A program made the translations under genes and the position numbers. From contig OZ241855.1 in assembly GCA_965202785.1 (NCBI GenBank), forward strand, positions 1 through 64,000: a DNA stretch of 64,000 nt. Direction: 5' to 3'. Positions 39,549 to 49,081 of this stretch are shown piece after piece (the first letter of the stretch is position 1; every line of letters starts with the position of its first letter). Source of the stretch: Thermodesulfobacteriota bacterium. GTDB taxonomy: Bacteria; Desulfobacterota_D; UBA1144; Nemesobacterales; Nemesobacteraceae. The notes below the pieces were generated by a model. It saw only the letters and a program-made list of their open reading frames with translations. It was not told the DNA's origin and made no database searches.

Positions 39549-40673
39549 TTAGTCCTCGGCCCACTCCTCGTATTCCTCAATAATCGAATCGTTCATGTGC
39601 ACAAGATGAGAAGTATCTCCAAGGCTTTTAATGGAGTTGTAGGATAGAAAAGTACACTTCTCGTATAGCGGACCTCGTTCAAGCAATGAGAATACGGGAC
39701 GTCTGATTTCCCGCAGCACCTTTTCTCGTTTTTCATCCGGTGCAACTATATGGAGGCGAATATCCATATTGGGTTGGAGCGCAAGGAGGTCAGCCATACG
39801 CAGCAAACCGGAATACACGGCTGTGGTATGTTCAACTTCAAAGGCCCTAGCCATCGAACGGCCTTTCAACCAGATTACGTCTATCTGTTCAATTGTACGA
39901 AGCGTCGTGTCATCGTAGTTTATGGGTAGCATATCTAGAAAAAGCGGTTTTTCGTCATCCGAAACATGGTCGAGTACTCGAGCTTTGTCGTTTCGGGGCA
40001 CCCATATCTGAAACCCCATTTTAATTCCAATTTTGGCGACTTTTGCTTGCATTAGATGTGACTGCCGACCCTCCGAAGTGGTAGCTTCAACATCCGTGTT
40101 GACATCGTCATAACCATCTTCATCATCCTCCGGTACATCGACTGATATTTCACCACCGGGTGTCCGGACTTTGAAAACTTTCGCCAGTTCCCGGCGGTCC
40201 TTATCCGTGAGAGGATATTCACTCTGTTCCTCTTTCTGCTTTTCCAGTTGAGACAACAAGAATTCGCCGTCAGAGTCTTCTATTTTACGTAGAGAGGAGC
40301 GGAAATTGATGGCCCAGCCTCGACTACCTTTGTCTATGCCTTTTGTTTCGGAGAGACCATCCCAAATTCTGTCGTCTAAGATCGGCAGCGAAAACTCCGG
40401 ATCTAGAAGGACCACTGGTTCAACCTTGAACCGAATCACAAAGGGGTCAGGTTTCTGGAAAATCGGTTTTTCATCCTGAAAAGCTGGAGAGACAATACGG
40501 AGGACCCCACACCATCGGGACAATCGAACCATATAACAGAGAAAAATATCTCCTTCCTTAATATGGTCTTGGGCCACGCGACGTTGCCGGTGTCGAAATC
40601 CACTGATATCGGCTCCATGCTCGCGAAAAGCGGACCATGTCTCAGGTGTGAACAAATTAAGAAAGTACGACAT
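39549..40673 (-). CDS. EVE/PUA-like domain + PD-(D/E)XK endonuclease (candidate modification-dependent restriction)
   Basis: N-term YFLNLFTPETW...IKEGDIFLCY; C-term IDVIWL...AFEVEHTTAVYSGLLRMADL. Confidence 0.75.
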   Translation of the reverse strand: MSYFLNLFTPETWSAFREHGADISGFRHRQRRVAQDHIKEGDIFLCYMVRLSRWCGVLRIVSPAFQDEKPIFQKPDPFVIRFKVEPVVLLDPEFSLPILDDRIWDGLSETKGIDKGSRGWAINFRSSLRKIEDSDGEFLLSQLEKQKEEQSEYPLTDKDRRELAKVFKVRTPGGEISVDVPEDDEDGYDDVNTDVEATTSEGRQSHLMQAKVAKIGIKMGFQIWVPRNDKARVLDHVSDDEKPLFLDMLPINYDDTTLRTIEQIDVIWLKGRSMARAFEVEHTTAVYSGLLRMADLLALQPNMDIRLHIVAPDEKREKVLREIRRPVFSLLERGPLYEKCTFLSYNSIKSLGDTSHLVHMNDSIIEEYEEWAED

Positions 40674-40987
40674 AGGCTCAAGCTATCATGTACAAAACAA
40701 TCAGTCAATATGGCGGTGAGTGATAGCAAACAAGAGAAAAGGAACCAAAGGGTTTTTCCCACTGTTTATATGTGGGTAACGGAACAAAGCCACCTACTTG
40801 CAATAGCTAACATATAAAATTAGGGACTATCCCTTTTTTTGTCTCATGCTTGTTTCTTTCAAGTACTATCCGTAATCGCAGTAACATCTCAGTACTGTAG
40901 AAACGCGGCTTAGAGTCCACGAACGGGGCTGGAAGTTTGCCTCTTTACTTGTATCGGTTCACGCATTATAACCGTTTTTATTGTAGG

Positions 40988-42046
40988 TCATCGTGAGAAT
41001 GGACCCATGTCCACCGAAACTTCTGTGATTTCATGTTCCATAATAGTTTCTTCTACTACTTCTGCTTTATCCGGATCAAATAAGGCGAGATTCATTCCTT
41101 TGCTAACGGAACTATTATAAACAACTCCTTGGTAGCCGCACTTTTTAATAAACTCGCACAAATATTGACTTGCAGTGTAGTCGATGGCCGCTGCAGTTGG
41201 AATGACCGGCACTTCCAAGCCTTGTCCAAGGTTTTCCAAAAATTTTATATCACCGCTTCTAAGCTTGGCTAGCGCACTTTCATCACTGAGTAAAAACGGC
41301 GAAATCAGCAAACGTGGTTTACACAGGTCGACTAACTGGAGCTCAGATTCAATCTGAAATTCTGCCACGCAAACAATTTCGCCAGGGTGCGGTCTAACTT
41401 CAGCAGCTACGGTCTCCACTGTTGATCCAAGGTACAAATAGGGAATACCCGCTGGATTAGCCCTCCCATGTGATGCAGCCCGCCTTGGAGGCGCCCCCAT
41501 CTCCTCAGGTTTGTAGCACCTGTCTTCCTTTTCAATTCTCGCCCGGTACCACTTCGAAGAATGCTCGCTTTGATCGAATACAAGATTTCCGAAAAGCCCT
41601 TCCAAACGGCCGTATTCAAATTCTGTATCGGGAAAGAAACGATTGCTATGCATCAATTCCATCGTCAGCCGCTTCCAAGTCATATTCAATTCACATTGAT
41701 CCGGTGCAGATGGAACAAATTTCCGATGGATAATCTCATTGTCATCAAGAATCTCGCCTAAAAGTGCATTTGCACGGACTTCGTCAAGTTCGGTGTGGTC
41801 GAAGAGTAACCAATCTTCTCTCAACCATTCTATTAATAACTTTCCATTCTCTTTAGGTCGATAAATGCCAATTAAAACCTCAAAATATTCAGATAGTTCA
41901 TTTGGCTCTATAAGTGGCTGTTTTTTTGTCTTGCAAAACGAGCAATCACCTTCTTTGCCAGACAAAGAAGGTATGATTTGCGTCTTCAATCCCTTGTCGC
42001 TGAAACATTCCGCACAACAATACATTCGCTCGCGGCCTTTACTCAT
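40988..42046 (-). CDS. RES-domain protein (NAD+ phosphorylase-like) with N-terminal Cys cluster
   Basis: CCAECF..CSFC; WYRAR, GRANPAGIPYLY, AEVRP, GVVYNSS, NLALF; start overlaps upstream stop (ATGAGTAA). Confidence 0.88.
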   Translation of the reverse strand: MSKGRERMYCCAECFSDKGLKTQIIPSLSGKEGDCSFCKTKKQPLIEPNELSEYFEVLIGIYRPKENGKLLIEWLREDWLLFDHTELDEVRANALLGEILDDNEIIHRKFVPSAPDQCELNMTWKRLTMELMHSNRFFPDTEFEYGRLEGLFGNLVFDQSEHSSKWYRARIEKEDRCYKPEEMGAPPRRAASHGRANPAGIPYLYLGSTVETVAAEVRPHPGEIVCVAEFQIESELQLVDLCKPRLLISPFLLSDESALAKLRSGDIKFLENLGQGLEVPVIPTAAAIDYTASQYLCEFIKKCGYQGVVYNSSVSKGMNLALFDPDKAEVVEETIMEHEITEVSVDMGPFSR

Positions 42047-42977
42047 CGAAAAATTTCGCGAGTGTCTCAATATGATGCTTCATCGACAACTTCTTCACAT
42101 ATCCAAGACCGGGGTAATGGCCTCTTTCGTAAAGCTCTTGAAATTCAACTATCGCTTGAGTTTCGAGGATCTTGTTATCGCTTTGGTTCAGTGCAGTAAT
42201 TAGTTTTTCTAATGCTTCAGCAAACTTACCTGCCGGGTCTTTGGGTGTGTCCTGCCTATCCGATTTAAAATGTCGGATATGCATTTCATCATCTTTATCG
42301 GAGTCGATATACGTAAGATGGATAGCAACTGTGTATGCGGGTCCACCGTCTTCAGAATATTCATCACCTACAATCAAAAAATCCCCAAAACCATCCATCC
42401 TTTCTAGCTCGAATGTTGCATGAAGATCGGAAAAAAACTCTGTAGATGGATAATCCCTATTACGCCTTCTTTCGAACCCATCTCGGATCAGAATACGATT
42501 CGAATGATCAGCAAAATGGCGCTGGTAGAGCTTTCCACAATGACCTTCAAAAAAGATACTGGTATTGACATTTTCAAAGTCGTCAATTGCTTTGGAAAGC
42601 TTCTTAGCCTTTGAAAAGCCAGCGTGGATTAGGGCAATCTCGTTGTCGAATACTTCGCATAATTCGATAGCCTCAGAAGCGGAAGTCTCTTCGGCAAGCA
42701 AAAGCCCGCAAATCAGATTCTGCTGTTCATGGTAATGCTCATCAATAAACTCTATTAGATCGGTGTTATCATAACTATGGTCGCCTATCTGCGGATTCAT
42801 TACCAAAATTACCTGAGCATTTTCGTCGCATAATTCATCCAGAGTTTTTTTTAGGCCATTCAACTCCTCTTTCACAGGCTCAATTATTGGTACGAAACTT
42901 TTTGCCGCTAAGATCGGTGCGGATTCTCTAATAGTGATTAATTCGTATAGTCTGCCGCGAAAGTAAGGATAATACAT
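42039..42977 (-). CDS. sce7725-family protein
   Basis: MYYPYFRG..ELI, PIIEPV, GFGDFLIVG..YSE.GGPAY.VAIH, GLGYVKKLSMKHH. Confidence 0.8.
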   Translation of the reverse strand: MYYPYFRGRLYELITIRESAPILAAKSFVPIIEPVKEELNGLKKTLDELCDENAQVILVMNPQIGDHSYDNTDLIEFIDEHYHEQQNLICGLLLAEETSASEAIELCEVFDNEIALIHAGFSKAKKLSKAIDDFENVNTSIFFEGHCGKLYQRHFADHSNRILIRDGFERRRNRDYPSTEFFSDLHATFELERMDGFGDFLIVGDEYSEDGGPAYTVAIHLTYIDSDKDDEMHIRHFKSDRQDTPKDPAGKFAEALEKLITALNQSDNKILETQAIVEFQELYERGHYPGLGYVKKLSMKHHIETLAKFFDE

Positions 42978-42983
42978 TTTAAG

Positions 42984-43874
42984 TTATGCCCACACCGCGG
43001 CTTCACTAATTGGTGTTTTCATCGATTCAACTAGACGAGTGTGGTCTTGCTTCCTCAGGCGCAAGGATAATACTGCCGACCGCAAGGACTTTGGCAACTC
43101 GTTAATGAGTGCGGCAAGTGGCGCAAGATCTCTGGTTTCCCTTAAGATTTGTATCATGCTGGTGTGCACAGAGGTCGGATCAAGTTCGGCGAAACGCCTA
43201 CGTAGTTCTTGATAGCGACGGGTATTAGGCACATCTGGCACCGAAACACCAAGGTCAATGAGTACTAATTCAGCTTCACGCAGACTGATTGAATCAAAAA
43301 TAGCCTTAGGATTAGTTCGAGATGGAATATTGTTGCCTTCTCGAATACTGGAAATTTGATATCTGTCTGAGAGTTTCAAAACGCCTATGTCTTCAGGCAC
43401 AGAATCAAGAACTGCTTTCACATGGTTTTCGCCAACAATCACGTTAACTGTGGCAAACACATTCATATATGCAGCAATCTGTTTTTCGAGCCGCGATAGT
43501 GAATCCCTCTCCGATTTTATCTCGTATACGGTGCTGGTCCCATTTAAAATTACGATGTCCGCCTTGCAACCACCAACTCTGAATTCACTGATCATTGACG
43601 AAGTCTGAAGTGAATGAATGCCAAGTAGTACTTTTTCAGTCAATGCGGCTTTGTATATATATTCGTGGCGGTATCTCTTATGTTTCAAGAACCTAAAGGC
43701 GTGTTCAAAAAGATCAAATACTTTTTCAACTTCACTGGACAGTGCAAGCAGGCGCGATTCATTTAGCAGACGCGCAAACAATGGTGATCGACCTCTTCGT
43801 GCTAGCTCTCTCAATACGGTTGAAGAAAATAAGCGAGCAACGGCAGAGGCCTGAATTTCTTCTGTTTTTTTCAT
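42984..43874 (-). CDS. sce7726-family protein (PD-(D/E)XK-like)
   Basis: YRHEYIYK, EFRVGGCKADIVILNG...YEIKSERDSLSRL; probable ATG 43874. Confidence 0.8.
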   Translation of the reverse strand: MKKTEEIQASAVARLFSSTVLRELARRGRSPLFARLLNESRLLALSSEVEKVFDLFEHAFRFLKHKRYRHEYIYKAALTEKVLLGIHSLQTSSMISEFRVGGCKADIVILNGTSTVYEIKSERDSLSRLEKQIAAYMNVFATVNVIVGENHVKAVLDSVPEDIGVLKLSDRYQISSIREGNNIPSRTNPKAIFDSISLREAELVLIDLGVSVPDVPNTRRYQELRRRFAELDPTSVHTSMIQILRETRDLAPLAALINELPKSLRSAVLSLRLRKQDHTRLVESMKTPISEAAVWA

Positions 43875-43969
43875 TCTACCGCTTTGCCGTCTCAACCTAG
43901 CAGATCGGCTTGCCTCAAACTTGATTTTAACTGACTCGTAAAAACATAGAAATAGCGTCTTAAAAATTT

Positions 43970-44519
43970 GGGAATTATACACATAACTAAACACCATTGA
44001 GTTCATCCACACGTTTGGATAACCGCGTGGCCAACTCCGTTAGTTCTTTCCGACAGATTGATCCAGAATAATGTTCCTCACAATAACGAACAATCGAATC
44101 TAGGTCATTTATCATATGCAATTCTCTTACATCGGCATCCATTTGTTCGGCGAATTCTTCGTATCCCAAGTCCCTAAGTGGGGCCTCTGCATATAAACCT
44201 GTTGAATTAAATCCTCCTAAGTAGGCAGTACCCCATGCAGCAATCAAGGCGGTTTCCAACAACTTGATTACCTCATCTTCGCCTTCGGCGACAACTTTCC
44301 ATGTGAAGGCGTCTTTACCGTATTCTCTAAGCGCATGATGGAAAAATACTCGACCACGATTACTCATCGCATCTCTCTCGTGCTGACTTCTGCGAGCCTT
44401 CAGACTCCGCTTAGTAATGCCTACATAGCGTTTCCCGCTGTCGTTGTGTACCGCCACATAGCAGATCATTTTACGTCGTTCCGCTCCTCTTTTCGGTCTA
44501 GTCATCTATAAATAATCCC
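43970..44519. mobile_element. Transposase-less cassette (MIC/MITE-like) with imperfect terminal IRs and 8-bp TSD, carrying a GIY-YIG gene
   Basis: Left GGGAATTATACACATAACTAAAC; right (revcomp) GGGATTATTTATAGATGACTAGAC; flanks AAAAATTT / AAAAACTT. Confidence 0.65.
43987..44505 (-). CDS. GIY-YIG-family nuclease
   Basis: ICYVAVH...KRYVGIT, RRSQH, FHHALREYG..AF, catalytic LETALI, GFN. Confidence 0.8.
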   Translation of the reverse strand: MTRPKRGAERRKMICYVAVHNDSGKRYVGITKRSLKARRSQHERDAMSNRGRVFFHHALREYGKDAFTWKVVAEGEDEVIKLLETALIAAWGTAYLGGFNSTGLYAEAPLRDLGYEEFAEQMDADVRELHMINDLDSIVRYCEEHYSGSICRKELTELATRLSKRVDELNGV

Positions 44520-44633
44520 AAAAACTTTATCCACCGTTACGCTGAAGCTCTCCCTTCTATAATATGTACTCTCTATCAAGGGAGACATATATCCTTAGGA
44601 AACAGATTATATATTGGTTGTAACTTCTTGGAA

Positions 44634-45800
44634 TTAGGCAGTTTTAGCGGCTTCGACCACCTTGGACGCAGCTTCTTTCATGTCGGCCCCGGTCTGGATG
44701 TCAAGACCCGAATTAGATAAGATTTCCCTTCCGGCCTGAACGTTGGTTCCTTCAAGCCTGACCACTAAAGGAACGTTTATTCCGACCTCTCCCGCGGCCT
44801 CAACGATGCCGTCGGCGATAGTGTCGCACTTCATGATGCCGCCGAAGATATTAACGAATATGGCTTTTACGTTCTCATCGCTCAGGATCATCTTAAAGGC
44901 CTTTGTAACCTGCTCCGTAGTAGCCCCTCCGCCGACATCAAGGAAGTTCGCGGGTTCTCCGCCGTGGTGCTTTATAATGTCCATGGTGGCCATGGCAAGC
45001 CCCGCGCCGTTAACCAGACATCCTATGTTTCCGTCAAGCTTAACGAAGCTTATCCCCGCGTCGCTTGCTTCAAGCTCAAGAGGATCCTCCTCGTCCCTGT
45101 CCCTAAGTCCCGCGATGTCACGGTGGCGGAAAAGCGCGTTGTCATCGAAATTGATCTTCGCGTCAAGCGCCACTATGTTTCCGTCCGAGGTAAGAACAAG
45201 CGGGTTTATCTCCGCAAGGGAGCAGTCCTTTTCGATAAAAACCCGGTAAAGGGATGAGATAAACGATACCGCCTGCCTCACGGCGCCGCCCGAAAGACCC
45301 ATGAAATAAGCGATTTTCCGGCACTGGTAGGGCTGAATGCCAACAGAAATATCAACGTGCTCCTTGATTATCTTCTCTGGAGACCTGGCCGCCACCTCCT
45401 CGATCTCTACCCCGCCCTCGGGGCTTCCCATGACAACCACTTTTTCCCGGGAGCGGTCAATCACCATGCCCAGGTAGAACTCTTTTTCTTTGCTCGAGGC
45501 TTCCTCGATCAGTACGCTTCCCACCGTCTTGCCCTCGGGGCCCGTCTGGTGGGTGACCAGGTTCATCCCGATTATCTCATCTGCGGCCGCCATGGCGTCG
45601 TGGGAATTGTCAACCACCTTTATTCCGCCTCCCTTGCCCCGGCCGCCGGCGTGAATCTGGGCTTTCACCACGTACTTTGCAGAGTTAAGAGTATCGAGCA
45701 CTTCTGACACCTCATCCGCGCTGAAAACAACCTGTCCCCCGGGAACCCTGACTCCGAAATCAGAGAGAAGCTTTTTGGCCTGGTATTCGTGTACGTTCAA
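44634..45800 (-). CDS. sucC: Succinyl-CoA synthetase beta subunit
   Basis: [42 protein letters not shown]. Confidence 0.98.
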   Translation of the reverse strand: MNVHEYQAKKLLSDFGVRVPGGQVVFSADEVSEVLDTLNSAKYVVKAQIHAGGRGKGGGIKVVDNSHDAMAAADEIIGMNLVTHQTGPEGKTVGSVLIEEASSKEKEFYLGMVIDRSREKVVVMGSPEGGVEIEEVAARSPEKIIKEHVDISVGIQPYQCRKIAYFMGLSGGAVRQAVSFISSLYRVFIEKDCSLAEINPLVLTSDGNIVALDAKINFDDNALFRHRDIAGLRDRDEEDPLELEASDAGISFVKLDGNIGCLVNGAGLAMATMDIIKHHGGEPANFLDVGGGATTEQVTKAFKMILSDENVKAIFVNIFGGIMKCDTIADGIVEAAGEVGINVPLVVRLEGTNVQAGREILSNSGLDIQTGADMKEAASKVVEAAKTA

Positions 45801-45814
45801 TCTGGAGCCCTCTT

Positions 45815-46549
45815 CTACTTTCCCTTGATCTTCCGCAAAAGCCAGGAAAGCGGATCATAATACTTGTCAACCACCCTCTCCTTAAGCGGAATGATTCCGT
45901 TATCCGTTATGTGTATGTCCTCGGGGCATACTTCCGTGCAGCATTTCGTGATGTTGCAGAAGCCGACTCCCGCCTCCTCGCGCGCGAACTCCCTCCTGTC
46001 AAGCACGTCCAGGGGATGCATCTCCCGCTCGGCGATCTTTATCATGAACCTCGGCCCCGCAAACGCGTCCTTTCGGTTGTGATCGCGAAGTATGTGACAC
46101 ACGTTCTGGCACATGAAGCACTCTATGCACTTGCGGAACTCCTGTCCCCTCTCGACGTCCTCCTGGTACATGACCCACTCGGTATCCTCGGCGGGGGTAA
46201 ACGGAGGAATCTTCTTGCTTACCTCGTAGTTCCACGACACGTCAGTTACGAGATCCTTTATCACGGGAAAGGCCTTGATCGGGTGAACGGTGATAGTTTC
46301 GCCCTCGGCGAAACTGTCCATGCGCGTTTTGCAGGCAAGCTTCGGTTTTCCGTTTATCTCGGTGCTGCAGGAGCCGCACTTGGCCGCCTTGCAGTTCCAT
46401 CTTATCGCCAGGTCGCCGCCGTAGTTGGCCTGTATGTAGAAAAGCGCGTCGAGGACCACCATTCCCTCATCTACCGGGACCTCGTACTCCTTCTCCTCTC
46501 CACCCTGCGCGTTACCGCGAAAAACTCTTAGCTTGGCTACCGACATCAC
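45815..46549 (-). CDS. sdhB: Succinate dehydrogenase Fe-S subunit
   Basis: [32 protein letters not shown]. Confidence 0.93.
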   Translation of the reverse strand: MMSVAKLRVFRGNAQGGEEKEYEVPVDEGMVVLDALFYIQANYGGDLAIRWNCKAAKCGSCSTEINGKPKLACKTRMDSFAEGETITVHPIKAFPVIKDLVTDVSWNYEVSKKIPPFTPAEDTEWVMYQEDVERGQEFRKCIECFMCQNVCHILRDHNRKDAFAGPRFMIKIAEREMHPLDVLDRREFAREEAGVGFCNITKCCTEVCPEDIHITDNGIIPLKERVVDKYYDPLSWLLRKIKGK

Positions 46550-48264
46550 TTATCCTCCGTAAACATTTTCGAAAGCTCATCGGGCATCTCCATGATCGGC
46601 CGTGTTTCGAGATCCATCGCCCCGCCCTTAACAGCCACTATGGAATTAAGCTTGCCCCATGTTCCGTCATCGCTCTCGGGGAAATCGACCCTGCTGTGGG
46701 CCCCCCTGCTCTCCTTTCTCGCAAGCGCGCAACGTGCGAGCGCCTCAGAGACGATCAGCATCGACTTAAGGTCCCTGCAGAGATGCCAGCCTGGGTTAAA
46801 CATCACCGAACCCTCTATCTTGAGCGTCCTGGCCCTCTCCTTTAACTTCTCTATCTCGTCTATGCCCTTTTGTATGTTCTCCTCGGTACGGAACACCCCT
46901 ATGTAGAGCTGCATCACGTCCTGGAGATCCTGATGGATCGTGTAGGGATTCTCCCCTTGCGTGTTGTTAAAAGGCTCTCTAAGCTCGTTTGCGAATCCCT
47001 CTATAAGCTCTTCGGATACCGACGCGTGGGATTTCCCGCTTGCGTAAGCGGCGGCTCCTTCTCCCGCCCTTTTCCCGAAAACGAGAAGATCAGAGAGAGA
47101 ATTCCCGCCGAGACGGTTCGCGCCGTGCATTCCTCCCGCGACCTCGCCCGCCGCGAAAAGCCCCGGAACGGTGCTCGAGCAGGTGTCCCCTTCAACCTTG
47201 ACTCCGCCCATTACGTAATGTGTGGTCGGGAACACTTCCATCGGGCCTTTCGTTATGTCTATATCCGCAAACTCCATGAACTGGTGGTACATGCTCGGAA
47301 GCTTGCGCTTCACGTAATCGGCTCCCCTGTGGGAGACGTCGAGAAACGCTCCTCCGTGGGGGGAACCGCGGCCCTGCTCCACTTCCGTGTATATGGATCT
47401 TGCCACCACGTCGCGGGTCGAGAGCTCCATGCGCTCTGGGTCGTATCTCTCCATAAAGCGCTCGCCCTCGCTGTTTGTGAGTATGCCTCCCTCTCCGCGC
47501 ACAGCCTCCGTGACAAGGATTCCCCTCACGCTCGGGGGCCAGACCATCCCGGTGGGATGGAACTGTATGAATTCCATGTCTATAAGCTCAGCTCCGGCCT
47601 CATACGCCATTGCGTGACCGTCGCCCGTGTACTCCCAGGAATTAGAAGTGTACTTGTAGGCCTTTCCTACCCCGCCCGTCGCAAGAACAATGGCGTTTGC
47701 GCGGAAAAGAACGAACTTGCCGCTTTCCCTCCAGTAGCCGAAAGCTCCCACAACCCTGTCTCCGTCCTTTACGAGATGGGTTATGGTGCACTCCATGTAG
47801 ACGTCTATGCCCGAGTGTATCCCTTTTTCCTGGAGGGTCCTTATCATCTCAAGACCGGTCCGGTCGCCCACGTGGGCAAGCCTCTTCCACGTGTGCCCGC
47901 CGAATGCCCTCTGATTTATATTCCCCTCTTTCGTTCTGTCGAAAAGAGCTCCCCAGTATTCAAGCTCGCGCACCCTCTCGGGAGCCTCCTGCGCATGGTA
48001 AAGGGCCATCTGCCAGTTGTTAAGCATCTTTCCGCCCTTCATGGTGTCCTTGAAGTGGGTTTCCCAGTTGTCCTTGGTATCGACGTTGGCCAAAGCGGCC
48101 GCGACGCCGCCCTCCGCCATCACGGTGTGGGCCTTGCCGAGCAGGGATTTGCATATGAGTGCGGTCGAGGCGCCTTTTGCGGAAGACTCGATAGCGGCCC
48201 TGAGACCTGCCCCGCCTGCGCCGATGATTATAACGTCATGTGTGTGTGTTTCGTATTTTTCCAC
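46546..48264 (-). CDS. sdhA: Succinate dehydrogenase flavoprotein
   Basis: GAGGAG, AHTVMAEGG (covalent FAD His), QFHPTG, HGANRLGGNSL, ESRGAH. Confidence 0.95.
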   Translation of the reverse strand: MEKYETHTHDVIIIGAGGAGLRAAIESSAKGASTALICKSLLGKAHTVMAEGGVAAALANVDTKDNWETHFKDTMKGGKMLNNWQMALYHAQEAPERVRELEYWGALFDRTKEGNINQRAFGGHTWKRLAHVGDRTGLEMIRTLQEKGIHSGIDVYMECTITHLVKDGDRVVGAFGYWRESGKFVLFRANAIVLATGGVGKAYKYTSNSWEYTGDGHAMAYEAGAELIDMEFIQFHPTGMVWPPSVRGILVTEAVRGEGGILTNSEGERFMERYDPERMELSTRDVVARSIYTEVEQGRGSPHGGAFLDVSHRGADYVKRKLPSMYHQFMEFADIDITKGPMEVFPTTHYVMGGVKVEGDTCSSTVPGLFAAGEVAGGMHGANRLGGNSLSDLLVFGKRAGEGAAAYASGKSHASVSEELIEGFANELREPFNNTQGENPYTIHQDLQDVMQLYIGVFRTEENIQKGIDEIEKLKERARTLKIEGSVMFNPGWHLCRDLKSMLIVSEALARCALARKESRGAHSRVDFPESDDGTWGKLNSIVAVKGGAMDLETRPIMEMPDELSKMFTEDK

Positions 48265-48266
48265 GT

Positions 48267-48998
48267 CTATATCAACCTCAGATCAGTGATTGTTCCGTTT
48301 GCGACCAGGAAAACGTAAAGGTCGGTTAAAGCCACGAAAACAAGGCTTGTCCACGCCCATTTCATATGTACTTCGTTCTGGACGCTTATGGCGCCCCAGA
48401 GGCGAAAGCGGGTCGGACACTTTGAGAACACGTCAAGATTCCCTCCCATCAGGTGGCGAAACGAGTGGCAGGAAAACGAATACATGGTAAGCAGAAACGC
48501 GTTTGCGGTAAGAACTATGGTCCCGACGCCCACTCCGACCCCGTCATGGAAGAAAAAGGCCTCGTAGGAGTCAATCCACAAAAACAGCAGAATGACGATA
48601 GAGGCGTAGAGAAAAAACCTGTGGATGTTCTGCAGGATGAACGGAAAGCTCGACTCTCCGCTGTAGGAACCCCTCTTGCCGACCGGTTTTACCGCGCAGC
48701 CCGGAGGCGAGAAGAAATACGCCCTGTAGTACGCTTTTCTGTAGTAGTAGCAGGTCGCCCGGAATCCAAGCGGCGCCCAGAGAATAAGTATTGCCGGGGA
48801 AAGCGGCCACCAGTCAAGAAGCAGAAGCGGGGAATAAAAAGGCGAAAGGTAGGGTTCTGTGTAGTAAAACTGGTTCGAAAGAGCCCTCCACGTGGAGTAG
48901 ATTCCAAAAGCCCCGAGCACCACCCCGGTTATGAGGGGCTCAACCCACCACGCGTCTTTTCTCATGGTGAGCGCCTTGCTCGCCGTACCGTTAGCCAT
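48267..48998 (-). CDS. Succinate dehydrogenase membrane anchor, mycobacterial Sdh1 (Rv0249c)-like
   Basis: YLSPFYSP, FRATCYYYRKAYYR, PPGCAV, SCHSFRH; 5 TM; first gene of sdh cluster. Confidence 0.8.
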   Translation of the reverse strand: MANGTASKALTMRKDAWWVEPLITGVVLGAFGIYSTWRALSNQFYYTEPYLSPFYSPLLLLDWWPLSPAILILWAPLGFRATCYYYRKAYYRAYFFSPPGCAVKPVGKRGSYSGESSFPFILQNIHRFFLYASIVILLFLWIDSYEAFFFHDGVGVGVGTIVLTANAFLLTMYSFSCHSFRHLMGGNLDVFSKCPTRFRLWGAISVQNEVHMKWAWTSLVFVALTDLYVFLVANGTITDLRLI

Positions 48999-49081
48999 AT
49001 TGCAGAAACCTCCAAAAAATATTTCCGGAGCGCCCGTCCGAGATTACAGACGGCGCCGGGGGGCGGAACGTAAGCGGAACC

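Larger units (their letters stand above)
35300..44633. mobile_element. Accessory/defence island B between rpoH and sucC
   Basis: AT-rich, five copies of the terminal-repeat-like motif, nucleases, RES operon. Confidence 0.75.

Noticed and set aside
23269-44519. Repeat motif as Xer/dif (pdif) or integron attC sites
   Set aside because: Core reads TTAT-N4-ATAA, the reverse of dif's ATAA-N6-TTAT, and there are no RYYYAAC...GTTRRRY hairpins or uniform cassette orientation
46870-48318. 482-aa + strand ORF and other long antisense ORFs (15687-16634, 50541-51320, 18705-19391, 34409-35083)
   Set aside because: Shadow frames opposite well-conserved GC-rich genes; no domain motifs
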